36,123 nucleotides of DNA from Acidimicrobiaceae bacterium (GCA_027306715.1 DAHUZG010000078.1:1-36123), one strand, 5' to 3'. Counted from the first letter of the stretch, positions 17,653-26,742 are shown. Notes: generated by a model from the letters alone, not told the origin. Translations and numbers: made by a program.

Positions 17653-18629
17653 GCGCGCCGCTCGCCGTCGACGTCCACGCCCATGCCTCGACCGAGCCCT
17701 TCAGCGCCCTCGTCGGCGGTTACGAGGGTCGCGACGAGGTGATGCTCGCCGCCCGCGAGCGCCATCTCGCACAGGTCGAGCGCTTCCCCCTGCTCTCGTC
17801 GGGCTGGGACCGCCGCGTCCAGCTGATGGAGGAGGTGGGCGTCGGCCGCCAGCTGCTCAGTGCCGGCACCCCACGACCGTTTCCCGGGCGCCAGCTGCGC
17901 GTCGAGATCGTGCAGGCGTGGAACGACGGCGCCGACGAGCTCGCCCGCCGCTATCCTGGACGGTTCTCGGTGTTCGCCAGCGTTCCGCTGCCGTTCGTCG
18001 ACGCGGCGATCGAGGAGACGCGGCGGATCGCCGCTCGGCCGACGACCACCGGGGTGACCGTGAGCACCCACACCGCGGGGATGGCGATCGACGACCCCGC
18101 CTGGGAGGCGCTCTACGAGGTCTGGAACGAGCTCGGCCTGACGGTCTTCTTGCACCCGGACGGGTTCTGCGTGCGCGGGTTGCTGGCCGACTACGGGATG
18201 GACATCGATATCGGCACCCAGTTCGACGACGTCATCGCCTCGGTCCGGCTCATCAACTCGCTCATCCCCGAGCGCTTCCCCGACGTCTCGTGGATCGTGC
18301 CGCATCTCGGTGGGGCGCTGCCGTTCCTCCTCACCCGCCTCGACCAGCACTGGTGGAACAGCCGTCAGCAGCGACCACTCTCGGCTCGGCCGAGCGAGTC
18401 CTTGCGCGGGTTGTACTTCGACACCGCCGGGCACGGCGCGGCGCCGATCCGCTACGCCCTCGACCACCTCGGCTCGCGGCGCGTGCTGTTCGGCTCGGAC
18501 TTCCCGATGCTCGGCGAGGACTGCTTGTCGCTGGCGATGCGCTCGCTCCTCGACGGCACCACCGCCGAGGAGCGGGGCGCGGTGCTCGAGGCGAACGCCG
18601 CGGGGCTCACTGCGAAAAGCCGTGCCTGA
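17649..18629 (+). CDS. Amidohydro_2 (ACMSD-type) family hydrolase/decarboxylase, paralogue B
   Basis: VDVHAHA (HxH), FLHP, GSDFPM. Clearly paralogous to 9740-10816 (long identical runs such as GTQFDDVIA, WIVPHLGGALPFLL, LYFDTAGHG). GTGA overlap with the upstream M24-like gene. Confidence 0.8.
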   Translation: MSAPLAVDVHAHASTEPFSALVGGYEGRDEVMLAARERHLAQVERFPLLSSGWDRRVQLMEEVGVGRQLLSAGTPRPFPGRQLRVEIVQAWNDGADELARRYPGRFSVFASVPLPFVDAAIEETRRIAARPTTTGVTVSTHTAGMAIDDPAWEALYEVWNELGLTVFLHPDGFCVRGLLADYGMDIDIGTQFDDVIASVRLINSLIPERFPDVSWIVPHLGGALPFLLTRLDQHWWNSRQQRPLSARPSESLRGLYFDTAGHGAAPIRYALDHLGSRRVLFGSDFPMLGEDCLSLAMRSLLDGTTAEERGAVLEANAAGLTAKSRA

Positions 18630-18650
18630 GCCCGGTTCCTGAGCCCGGTG
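18625..18650. repeat. 13-bp tandem duplication CCTGAGCCCGGT(T/G) including a stop codon
   Basis: 18625-18637 and 18638-18650. The first copy carries the TGA stop (18627-18629) of the Amidohydro_2 B gene. Confidence 0.85.
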
Positions 18651-18657
18651 CTTCGCC

Positions 18658-18673
18658 CCCGGCTCGAGCCGGG
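18658..18673. terminator. Perfect 16-nt palindrome CCCGGCTCGAGCCGGG between convergent genes (terminator-like hairpin, no U-tract)
   Basis: Read directly from the sequence. Position between the 3' ends of 17649-18629 (+) and 18775-19731 (-). Confidence 0.3.
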
Positions 18674-18774
18674 TGCAGGCTCCCTCGCCGGCGGCGCGGC
18701 GCCCCCGCTCAGCGGATGCTCCGAGAGATCGCGGCCGGGCGAGCTTCCTCCCGCCGGCCCGAGGGGCGCGGCGC

Positions 18775-19731
18775 TCAGCTGTCGAGGGGGATGCGGTTGA
18801 GCATCGCGGCCTTGTCACCGCTGAGGTAGCAGCGCAGGTTGTGCTCGAGCACGCTCAGCGCCTGATCGGCGTAACGGTCGCTGCGGCCGGCGAGATGGGC
18901 CGTGAGGAAGACGTTGTCGAGGTCCCAGAGCGCGCTCGACGAGGGCAGCGGCTCGGTCTCGAACACGTCAAGGGCTGCGCCGGCGATCGACCGGGCTCGC
19001 AAGGCGTCGATCAGCGCCTCCTCGTCCACCACCCCGCCACGGGCGACGTTGAGCAGGTAGGCCGACGGCCGCATCCTGGCCAGCAGCGCGGCGTCGACGA
19101 GGTGATGGGTCTCGGCGGTGTACGAGGCGGTGAGGACGAGGAAGTCGACCCGGGAGGCAACCTCGGCGAGCTCGTCGTAGCCGTGAAGCTCGTCGCAGCT
19201 GCCGGCGGCGTCGCTTGTTCGCGAGACGCCGATCACGTGCATCCCGAGGCAGCGGCAGAGTCGTGCCACCTGCTGGCCGGAGACGCCGAGGCCGACGACG
19301 CCGACGGTCTTGCCGGCGAGCTGCACCGGGCTCCAGCGGTCCCACCGGCGAGCTGCCTGATTGAGGACCGAGCGGGCGACGCTGCGGTTGAGCACGAGCA
19401 TCTGGGTGATCACCGTCTCGGCCATCTGCGGTCCGTGGATCCCGCGCATCGAGGTGAGCTCGACCTCGCCGCGGCCGCGCAACGCCGGCACGAAACGGTC
19501 GACTCCGGTGATCAGCGCCTGCACCCAGCGCAGGCGGGGCAGGGACTCGAGAACCTCGGGGCACATCGAGGCGCCCTTGGTCATGAGCACCTCGGCGTCG
19601 GCCACCTCGGCGAGCCGGTCGACGAGCCCGTCGAGGTCGGGGGCGACGGAGAAGCGCACCGCCGGGAACGCCGTGGCGAGGACCTCCTCGTAGTGCTCGC
19701 CGTCCTCGTCCTCGATGATGATCGTCGTCAC
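18775..19731 (-). CDS. D-isomer-specific 2-hydroxyacid dehydrogenase (NAD-binding)
   Basis: VGVVGLGVSGQQVA, ARGGVVDEEALIDALR, GAALDVFETEPLP, LTAHLAG. Start set to GTG 19731 (VTTIIIEDEDG…) after GAGAGGGA. The track's 74 extra N-terminal codons are Arg/Gly/Pro-rich junk. Confidence 0.85.
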   Translation of the reverse strand: MTTIIIEDEDGEHYEEVLATAFPAVRFSVAPDLDGLVDRLAEVADAEVLMTKGASMCPEVLESLPRLRWVQALITGVDRFVPALRGRGEVELTSMRGIHGPQMAETVITQMLVLNRSVARSVLNQAARRWDRWSPVQLAGKTVGVVGLGVSGQQVARLCRCLGMHVIGVSRTSDAAGSCDELHGYDELAEVASRVDFLVLTASYTAETHHLVDAALLARMRPSAYLLNVARGGVVDEEALIDALRARSIAGAALDVFETEPLPSSSALWDLDNVFLTAHLAGRSDRYADQALSVLEHNLRCYLSGDKAAMLNRIPLDS

Positions 19732-19952
19732 GTTGTCCCTCTCGGTTCCAGCCGGGCAGTCTCCGGACGCCCCGGGCCGCCCGGGGCCCTCCACGCGGCG
19801 GCCCTGCCGGCGACAGCCCGATCCCGGCCCGGTGATCCGTCCGGCACGCGGATGCCTCACGCGCCCGGGCGACGGGTGCCGGAATGGTAAGGGTTGCTGC
19901 TTTATCCCGTCAATCGAGCCCGCGCCGTCGCCCGGGCCGACCGGACGCGACA

Positions 19953-19981
19953 TTGAAGCCGCGACGTCGCCGTGCTAGCTT
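19953..19981 (+). promoter_or_regulatory. Candidate promoter TTGAAG-17-TAGCTT for the ABC-transporter operon
   Basis: Read from the sequence. Would give a leader of about 200 nt before ATG 20191. Confidence 0.3.
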
Positions 19982-20113
19982 CCCGGGTGGGATAGTTGTC
20001 CCGATTGGTGGGATGATCGAGACGGTGTCTGAGAGGATACCCGGGACGGCAGGGCAAGCCGGAGAGGCCGCCCGGCCTCCGAGGCGGCCGAGCTGACGCT
20101 CGGGGACGCCGAG

Positions 20114-20149
20114 CCGGAGGATGCCCCGGAGGATGCCCCGGAGGATGCC
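20114..20149. repeat. 12-bp tandem repeat CCGGAGGATGCC x3
   Basis: Copies at 20114-20125, 20126-20137 and 20138-20149, in the leader of the ABC-transporter operon. Confidence 0.9.
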
Positions 20150-20190
20150 GGAGCGCTGCAGCGTTGCAGCAAAGCAGAGGGGGAAACGAC

Positions 20191-21291
20191 ATGCGCAAGT
20201 CAGGGTCGGGCTCCACGCGTCTTGCAGCCGGTGGTCGGCGCTGGACCGCCGGGGCGCTCGTCGCAGCAGCGGCGGCGCTCGCGGTCATGCCGGGCGCGGC
20301 CTCGGCGACGGGGCGAGCTACCGTTCGTGATGCCGGAGCCCGACCGGCGGCGACGCGACATGTGGGCCGGCACTACACGATCGGCTTCATCCTCGCCTCC
20401 CCGGTATCGGCCTTGATCGACATGGGCAACGGCGTGCAGGGTGAGGCGAAGCGGCTCGGGATGGGTTTTGACTACGAGAGCGCTAGCTTCTCCTCGAGCA
20501 CCCAGCTCTCGGCGATGAGCTCGATGATCGCCCGCCACGTCAGCGCCATCATCACCTCACCGCTTGTCACGAAGTCCTTCGAGACCTCGATCGAGCAGGC
20601 GAAGAAGGCGGGCATCCCGGTCCTCGTCTACGACGGCTCCGACCCGGGGCTCACGATGGACATGACCAACGCCGACTACCAGGCCGCCTACGACATGGTG
20701 GGCTACGTCGCCAAGCATCTGAGGTCCGAGCACAAGCCGTGCGACATCGCCCTGCTGCAGGGCCTGCCGGTCGTTCCGGCACTGGGCAACCGGGACAAGG
20801 GGATGGTCGCCGGCGCCAAGGCGAACCACTGCACCGTGCTCGGCACCCAGGTCGACACCGCCGACACGCTGAGCTCTGCAGCGACGATCGCAGATCAGTG
20901 GAAGAGCCAGTTCGGCAGCAAGCTCGAGGCGATCATCCCGTACAACGACGGCGCGGCGCTCGGCGTCGTCTCGGCGGTCAGCTCGAGCTTCAACCCGGTC
21001 GTCGTCGGGTTCAACGGCGAGCCGCAGAACGTCAAGGACGTCGCCGCCGGCAGGCTCTGGGAGGACTACGCGCTGCAGAACACGATCATGGGCGAGGGCC
21101 TCGCCTGGGCGGCGTACCAGGTGCTCACCGGCCACAAGGTGCCGGTGACGGTGTACTCCCCGTACGTGTTGCTGACCAAGTCGAATGCGGCCAGCTACAA
21201 GGGCGATACGTACTTCCTGGCGCACCCGCCGAAGTCGTTCTCGATCATCAGGTACAAGGGGCAGTGGCAGCTCAAGTACTCGGGTTCCTGA
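20191..21291 (+). CDS. Sugar ABC transporter substrate-binding protein (ribose/xylose-type periplasmic binding protein fold)
   Basis: N-terminal signal with RRWTAGALVAAAAALAVMPGAASA, then a type-I PBP core (IGFILASP…, KKAGIPVLVYDG). ATG 20191 follows AGAGGGGGA. Confidence 0.8.
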   Translation: MRKSGSGSTRLAAGGRRWTAGALVAAAAALAVMPGAASATGRATVRDAGARPAATRHVGRHYTIGFILASPVSALIDMGNGVQGEAKRLGMGFDYESASFSSSTQLSAMSSMIARHVSAIITSPLVTKSFETSIEQAKKAGIPVLVYDGSDPGLTMDMTNADYQAAYDMVGYVAKHLRSEHKPCDIALLQGLPVVPALGNRDKGMVAGAKANHCTVLGTQVDTADTLSSAATIADQWKSQFGSKLEAIIPYNDGAALGVVSAVSSSFNPVVVGFNGEPQNVKDVAAGRLWEDYALQNTIMGEGLAWAAYQVLTGHKVPVTVYSPYVLLTKSNAASYKGDTYFLAHPPKSFSIIRYKGQWQLKYSGS

Positions 21292-21338
21292 GCCGGCCCG
21301 CCTGACGGCCGGCGACGACTCGGCGCCGAGCGGCCCCG

Positions 21339-22808
21339 GTGTTGCGCGCAGCTGGCATCTCCAAGCGGTTCGGCTCGGTTCAGGCGCTCGCCGGGGTCGA
21401 CTTCGAGGTCGACGCCGGCGAGGTCGTGGCCCTGGCCGGGGAGAACGGCTCCGGGAAGTCGACACTGTCACGGATCCTCTCGGGTGTCATCCGGCCTGAC
21501 AGCGGGGAGATCGCGCTCGACGCCCGGCGCGTCGAGCTCTCCCGCCCTCTCGAGGCGCTGCGGGCGGGGATCGCGATCGTCACCCAGGAGGTGACGGCGG
21601 TCCCGGCCCTGAGCGTGGCCGAGAACGTCCTCCTGCCGACCGAGCGCTCCCTGCTCTCTGCTTATCGACGTCGAGCAGTGGTCCGCGAGGCGCGGCGGGC
21701 GCTCGAGCAGGTGCAGCTGAGCGTCGACCCGAGCGCAGCGTTCTCGTCGCTCAACCCCGGGCAGGCCGTGCTGGCCGAGCTGGCGCGGGCGCTCGTCTCG
21801 GCGCCACGGCTGCTCATCCTCGACGAGGTGACGACCCGGATCGGGGGGCCTGACGTCGACCGCCTGTTCGCACTGTTGTCGTCCCTCGCCGCCGGCGGGA
21901 TGGGAATCGTGCTCATCACCCATCGCCTTGTCGAGATCACCGCCTTGGCGGACAGGACGGTCGTGCTGCGCGACGGGCGTCGGGTCGGCGAGCTGCGGCG
22001 TGGAGAGAGCTCCGAGGACCGCATCTCGGCGATGATGGTCGGGCGCGACGTCGAGGAGTTCCAACGGCGGCCGATCGAGCCCTCGGCTCCGCCCCGTCTC
22101 GAGCTGCGGGGGCTTGTCGTCGCCGGCCTCAAGTCGCCGGTGAGCCTGTCCGTGCGCGCCGGTGAGGTGGTCGGCATGTCCGGCCTCGTCGGTGCCGGGA
22201 GGAGCGAGGTGCTCGAGACGATCGTCGGGCGGCGCCCCGCGACCGGCGGCGAGGTGCTCGTCGACGGCCGGCCGCTGCCGCTCGGCAACGTCCGGGCTAC
22301 CTGCGCTTCCGGCGTGGCGCTCGTCCCCGAGGACCGGCGCGGCCAGGGTCTGTTGATGGAGGCGCCGGTCAGCACCAACGTCGCGCTCGGCCGCTGGCGG
22401 GCGTGGTCACGGGCGAGCAAGTCCCGCGAGCTGGCGCTGCTGCACCGCTTCGGGCCGCGCGTCGGGCTGCGACTGCGCCGCCGCGCCGACCCGCTCGTCA
22501 ACACCCTCTCCGGCGGCAACCAGCAGAAGGTGCTCTTTGCCCGTGCCCTGGCGACCTCGCCGAAGGTGCTGTTGCTCGACGAGCCGACGCGCGGCATCGA
22601 CGTCGGAGCCCGCGAGGAGATCTTCACGCTCGTCGGCGAGCTGCTGCTCGAGGGGATGGCGGTGCTGATGGCTTCCTCGGACATGCGCGAGCTGCTGGCG
22701 CTGTCCCACCGGATCGTCGTGCTGCACGACCGTGAGGTGGTCGCCGAGCTCGACGCCACCGAAGCCTCCGAGGAGCGGCTGGCGCTGCTCGGAGGAGGTG
22801 GCCGGTGA
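21339..22808 (+). CDS. Sugar ABC transporter ATP-binding protein with two ABC cassettes (RbsA/MglA-like)
   Basis: Walker A GENGSGKST, second cassette GLVGAGRSE, signature LSGGNQQK, Walker B LLLDEPTRGID. Confidence 0.9.
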   Translation: MLRAAGISKRFGSVQALAGVDFEVDAGEVVALAGENGSGKSTLSRILSGVIRPDSGEIALDARRVELSRPLEALRAGIAIVTQEVTAVPALSVAENVLLPTERSLLSAYRRRAVVREARRALEQVQLSVDPSAAFSSLNPGQAVLAELARALVSAPRLLILDEVTTRIGGPDVDRLFALLSSLAAGGMGIVLITHRLVEITALADRTVVLRDGRRVGELRRGESSEDRISAMMVGRDVEEFQRRPIEPSAPPRLELRGLVVAGLKSPVSLSVRAGEVVGMSGLVGAGRSEVLETIVGRRPATGGEVLVDGRPLPLGNVRATCASGVALVPEDRRGQGLLMEAPVSTNVALGRWRAWSRASKSRELALLHRFGPRVGLRLRRRADPLVNTLSGGNQQKVLFARALATSPKVLLLDEPTRGIDVGAREEIFTLVGELLLEGMAVLMASSDMRELLALSHRIVVLHDREVVAELDATEASEERLALLGGGGR

Positions 22809-23962
22809 GGGCGCCAGGCGCTCGAGAGAGCGACGACCTCGACGGGCAGGCCCGGGGTGTCCTGGCGGCGCAGCGTTTCGTGGGCGCCCTCGGAACCTAT
22901 CGCGGCGTGATCGCCATCCTCGTCGGGCTCGTCATCCTCTTCTCGATCCTCCAGCCGGGCTTTCGCACGACGGCCGACGTCCAGAACATCGTCGAGACCA
23001 ACGCCGTGCTGCTCATCGTCAGCATCGGCCTGACCTTCCCGATGCTGAACGGCGGCTTCGACCTCTCGATCGCCGGGGTCGACGCCCTTGCCGGGATCTT
23101 CCTCGTCAAGCTGCTCATCGCCGGGGTGCCGCTGTGGGCGTCCGTCATCGTTGTCGTGGTCGGCTCGATCCTGTTCGGGGCGATCGGCAACGGCATCCTC
23201 ATCGGCTACCTGAACGTCAACTTCTTCATCGTCACCCTCGGCACTCTGACGATCGCCCAGAGCCTCTCGTTGCAGCTGACCGGCGGTGCCGCCATCGGCA
23301 TGTACAGCCAGCACGTGCTCACCGACTTCGGCAGCGGCCAGCTCGGCCCGATCCCCGACTCCGGGATCATCGCTGCGGCGGTGGTCGTGCTGGCGATCTG
23401 CGCCCTTCGCTACACCGGTTTCGGCCGCATGGTCTACGCCGTCGGAGGCAACCCCGAGGCGGCGCGGCTGGCCGGGATCTCCGCTCCCTGGATCCGGATG
23501 CTCACCTACGCGGTCTCGTCCGGGCTCGCCGGCATCGGCGGCATCATCGAGGTCGGACGCCTGCAGTCGGCCAGCCCGACGACCGACTCGACGATCGAGC
23601 TCACCGCCGCGGCGGCGGTGCTGATCGGTGGGGTCGCCTTCGGCGGCGGCGTCGGCACGATCCTCGGCACGCTGCTCGGCGTCGCATTCCTCGGCGTTCT
23701 CCAGTCCGGCCTGTTGATCTCGGGCCTCTCCTCGTACTGGCAGGGCGTCATCACCGGTGTCGTGCTGATCGGCTCGGTGTCGCTCGACAAGCTCCGCACG
23801 CGCAGTGGCGGCAGGCCGCCGGACCAACGCGGCGTCTTCCGAGTCGTCGACCGGCTACTCGGAGCCGACTCGACGGCTCGCGCCGGGACGTCGGGAAAGA
23901 CCTCGGAGCTCACCCCCGGGTCCGGTGCCGGTCGGGCGGGAGCCGACACCGACAGCGTCTGA
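22805..23962 (+). CDS. ABC transporter permease (ribose/branched-chain type, BPD_transp_2-like)
   Basis: Multiple hydrophobic helices and conserved GGVAFGGGVGTILGTLLG region. GTGA overlap with the ATPase gene. Roughly 55-aa hydrophilic C-terminal tail. Confidence 0.85.
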   Translation: MRAPGARESDDLDGQARGVLAAQRFVGALGTYRGVIAILVGLVILFSILQPGFRTTADVQNIVETNAVLLIVSIGLTFPMLNGGFDLSIAGVDALAGIFLVKLLIAGVPLWASVIVVVVGSILFGAIGNGILIGYLNVNFFIVTLGTLTIAQSLSLQLTGGAAIGMYSQHVLTDFGSGQLGPIPDSGIIAAAVVVLAICALRYTGFGRMVYAVGGNPEAARLAGISAPWIRMLTYAVSSGLAGIGGIIEVGRLQSASPTTDSTIELTAAAAVLIGGVAFGGGVGTILGTLLGVAFLGVLQSGLLISGLSSYWQGVITGVVLIGSVSLDKLRTRSGGRPPDQRGVFRVVDRLLGADSTARAGTSGKTSELTPGSGAGRAGADTDSV

Positions 23963-23967
23963 GCCCG

Positions 23968-24072
23968 GCCGAGGCGGCCCAGCTTCGGGCCGAGGCGGCC
24001 CAGCTTCGGGCCGAGGCGGCCCAGCTTCGGGCCGAGGCGGTTCAGCCCCCGGCCGAGGCGGCCCAGCCTCAG
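23968..24072. repeat. 21-bp tandem repeat GCCGAGGCGGCCCAGCTTCGG x5 (3 perfect, 2 variant)
   Basis: Period measured from GAGGCGG at 23971, 23992, 24013, 24034 and 24055. Fills the whole spacer between the permease stop (23962) and the leuS stop (24069-24071). Confidence 0.95.
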
Positions 24073-26528
24073 ACGACGACGTTGACCAGGCTCGGTGGCC
24101 GGGCGACGACGCGGCGGGGCTGGCGGCCGGCGAGCTCGTCGACGATGCGCGGCAGGGCGAGAGCAATCGCCGCCGCCTCGTCCTCGCCGATGTCACGAGG
24201 CACCTCCGCCCGGGCTCGCAGCTTGCCGTTGACCTGGACGACCATCGTCTCGCTCGGTGCTTCGAGCCAAGCCGGATCGGCCACCGGCCATGGCTCCTCG
24301 TGGACGTGACGCCCGTGGCGACGCTCGAAGGCCTCGGCGGCGAGGTGCGGGGCGAACGGCGCCAGGAGCTTGAGCAGGACGTCGGTGGCCTCGTCGACGA
24401 CGGTCGGGGGGGCGCCGGCACGAGCCTCGTCCTCGATCGCCTTGCGCAGCTCGAAGCAGTGGGCGACGGCGGTGTTGAAGCCGTAGCGCTCGAGATCGGC
24501 GGTGACGTCGCGGATGGTCCGGTGAACAACCCGACGAAGGCGATCGCCCGGCGGTGGGGCGACGGCACCCGGTTGGGCTGACCCCTCGGGTCCGTCGAGG
24601 GCGAGACGCCACACCTGGCGGAGGAAGCGTCCGCGCCCCTCGATGATCTCGTCCGTCTGCCCGCTCCAGTCCACGTCGTCGCCGGGCGGGGCGAGGAAGC
24701 AGTGGGCGAGGCGCAAGGCGTCGGCCCCGACGGTGTCGAAGTACTGGTCGGGCGAGACGACGTTGCCGCGTGACTTGGACATCGCCCGCCCACCGAGACG
24801 GATCATCCCCTGGGTGAAGAGCTGGGCGAAGGGCTCGCGTATCTCCGCCGGCGAGAGGTTGGTGTCGCCGAGCGCCCTTGTGAAGAAGCGGGCGTAGAGC
24901 AGGTGCAAGATGGCGTGGGTGATGCCGCCGATGTACTGGTCGACGGGCATGAAGTGGCGCGCCGCTTCGAGGGCGACGGGGCGCTCGTGGTCCCACGGGT
25001 CGCAGAAGCGGAGGAAGTACCACGACGAGTCGACGAAGGTGTCCATGGTGTCGGTCTCCCGGCTCGCCGGGCCGCCGCAGATCGGGCACGTCGTCTGCAG
25101 AAATCCTTGGTGCGAGCGCAGCGGTGACTCACCGGTAGGCAGGAACTCGACGTCTTCGGGCAGCAGCACGGGGAGGTCGGCGTCGGCGACCGGGACGATC
25201 GCATGGGTCGGGCAGTAGACGACCGGGATCGGGCATCCCCAATAGCGCTGCCGGCTGATCAGCCAGTCCCGCAGCCGGTACTGGACCGAGCGGCGTCCGA
25301 TGCCCTCACCCTCGAGCCAGTCGATCGCCGCCTGCTTGGCCGCCGGGACGTCGAGGCCGTCGAGGAAGCCGCTGTTGATCTTCGTGCCGTCACCGCCGTA
25401 GGCGCCACCGTCAAAGCCCGGCGGCGGCTCGACGGTGCGGACGATGGGCAGGCCGTAGGCCATGGCGAAGGCGTAGTCGCGCCCGTCCTCGGCGGGCACA
25501 CCCATGATCGCGCCCGTGCCGTAGCTGCCGAGCACGTAGTCGGCGATGTAGATCGGGACGCGCCCGCCGTTGAAGGGGTTGAGGGCGTAGGAGCCGGTGA
25601 AGGCACCGCGCTTGTCGAGCGCTCCCTCCTCGGAGAGCCGCTCGACGTCGGACTCGTGCGAGACGCGCTCGATCAGCTCGTTGACGGTCGCCGACTGCTC
25701 GGCGGTGATCAGCTCGGGCACGAGCGGATGCTCGGGAGCAAGGGTGACGTAGGTGATGCCGAAGCCGGTGTCCGGCCTCGTCGTGTAGACCTCGATCGAG
25801 ATCTCGGGACGGCCGTCCACACGCAGGTCGAGCAGGGCACCCTCGGAGCGGCCGATCCAGTGGCGCTGCATCGTCTTCACCCGCTCGGGCCAGTCGAGGC
25901 CCTCGAGCGCCTCGAGCAGCTCGTCGGCGTAGGCCGTGATCCGCAGGAACCACTGCTCGAGGTTGCGACGGACGACGAGGTCGCCCGACCGTTCGCAGGT
26001 GCCGTCGGGCAGCACCTGCTCGTTGGCAAGCACGGTGCAACAGCCTGGGCACCAGTTGACCGGCGCCTCGGCGCGGTAGGCGAGACCGGCCTCGAGGAGA
26101 CGCTTGAAGATCACCTGGTTGAAGCGCATGTACTCGGGGTCGTGGCTGCGCAGCTGGCGGCGCCAGTCGTAGACGGCTCCGAGGCGGCGGACGCTTCGAG
26201 TCAGCTCGGCGATGCGCGCCTCGGTCCAGTCGCGCGGGTTGGCGGCGCCCCCCTTGATCGCCGCGTTCTCCGCCGGCAGCCCGAATGAGTCGAAGCCGAA
26301 TGGAGTGAGCACGGCGTGGCCCTGCATCGTGCGGTAACGGACGAGGACGTCGCCGAGGGTGTAGTTCCGGACGTGGCCCTGGTGGGCCGGACCGCTCGGA
26401 TAGGGGTACATGCAGAGCACGTAGTACGCCGGGCGCGGGTCGTCGAGCTCGACCTGATAGGTCCCCCGCGCCTCCCAGCGCTGCTGCCAGCGCTGCTCAA
26501 CCTCCTGGACGTCGTAGTCCTCAGCCAT
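24069..26528 (-). CDS. leuS: Leucine--tRNA ligase
   Basis: 819 aa. Class-I HIGH-type motif [14 protein letters not shown]-type motif AMSKSRGN, typical LeuS editing-domain and C-terminal sequences. Confidence 0.95.
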   Translation of the reverse strand: MAEDYDVQEVEQRWQQRWEARGTYQVELDDPRPAYYVLCMYPYPSGPAHQGHVRNYTLGDVLVRYRTMQGHAVLTPFGFDSFGLPAENAAIKGGAANPRDWTEARIAELTRSVRRLGAVYDWRRQLRSHDPEYMRFNQVIFKRLLEAGLAYRAEAPVNWCPGCCTVLANEQVLPDGTCERSGDLVVRRNLEQWFLRITAYADELLEALEGLDWPERVKTMQRHWIGRSEGALLDLRVDGRPEISIEVYTTRPDTGFGITYVTLAPEHPLVPELITAEQSATVNELIERVSHESDVERLSEEGALDKRGAFTGSYALNPFNGGRVPIYIADYVLGSYGTGAIMGVPAEDGRDYAFAMAYGLPIVRTVEPPPGFDGGAYGGDGTKINSGFLDGLDVPAAKQAAIDWLEGEGIGRRSVQYRLRDWLISRQRYWGCPIPVVYCPTHAIVPVADADLPVLLPEDVEFLPTGESPLRSHQGFLQTTCPICGGPASRETDTMDTFVDSSWYFLRFCDPWDHERPVALEAARHFMPVDQYIGGITHAILHLLYARFFTRALGDTNLSPAEIREPFAQLFTQGMIRLGGRAMSKSRGNVVSPDQYFDTVGADALRLAHCFLAPPGDDVDWSGQTDEIIEGRGRFLRQVWRLALDGPEGSAQPGAVAPPPGDRLRRVVHRTIRDVTADLERYGFNTAVAHCFELRKAIEDEARAGAPPTVVDEATDVLLKLLAPFAPHLAAEAFERRHGRHVHEEPWPVADPAWLEAPSETMVVQVNGKLRARAEVPRDIGEDEAAAIALALPRIVDELAGRQPRRVVARPPSLVNVVV

Positions 26529-26668
26529 CGCCCCAGGTTAGGTGCCCCCGCCGGCGCCCGGTGAAGGCGACCCCGCCTGCCAGCGGCCGACGGGAGGCGC
26601 TCCTCGAGCCCGCACCTGTGGCGGCGGTGAGTCGGGTCCGACGCTGCTGGTAAGCTCGGACTCCCGAC

Positions 26669-26742
26669 GGGGGCGTAGCTCAGCTGGTAGAGCGCTTGAC
26701 TGGCAGTCAAGAGGTCCGAGGGTTCGAGTCCCTTCGCCTCCA
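26669..26742 (+). tRNA. tRNA-Ala (anticodon GGC)
   Basis: Hand-folded. Acceptor GGGGGCG/CGCCTCC with the Ala identity pair G3:U70, U8, D arm GCTC-AGCTGGTA-GAGC, anticodon arm CTTGA-CTGGCAG-TCAAG (anticodon GGC), T arm GAGGG-TTCGAGT-CCCTT, discriminator A. CCA is not fully encoded (ACCG). Confidence 0.85.

Noticed and set aside
20121-20330. ORF starting in the 12-bp repeat (MPRRMPRRMPE…, 69 aa)
   Set aside because: It is generated by the repeat itself. It runs out of frame into the substrate-binding-protein gene and translates to Arg-rich sequence. It was kept only as part of the leader-structure observation.
23968-24072. Possible CRISPR array (also considered for the other tandem repeats)
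   Set aside because: The units are directly adjacent with no spacers and only 12-21 bp long, and no cas genes are nearby. These are simple tandem repeats, not CRISPR.
26529-26668. T-box or other leader upstream of leuS
   Set aside because: Only 140 nt lie between the leuS start and the divergent tRNA. I see no specifier-loop/T-box-like conserved sequence or terminator/antiterminator alternative. An Rfam scan would settle it.
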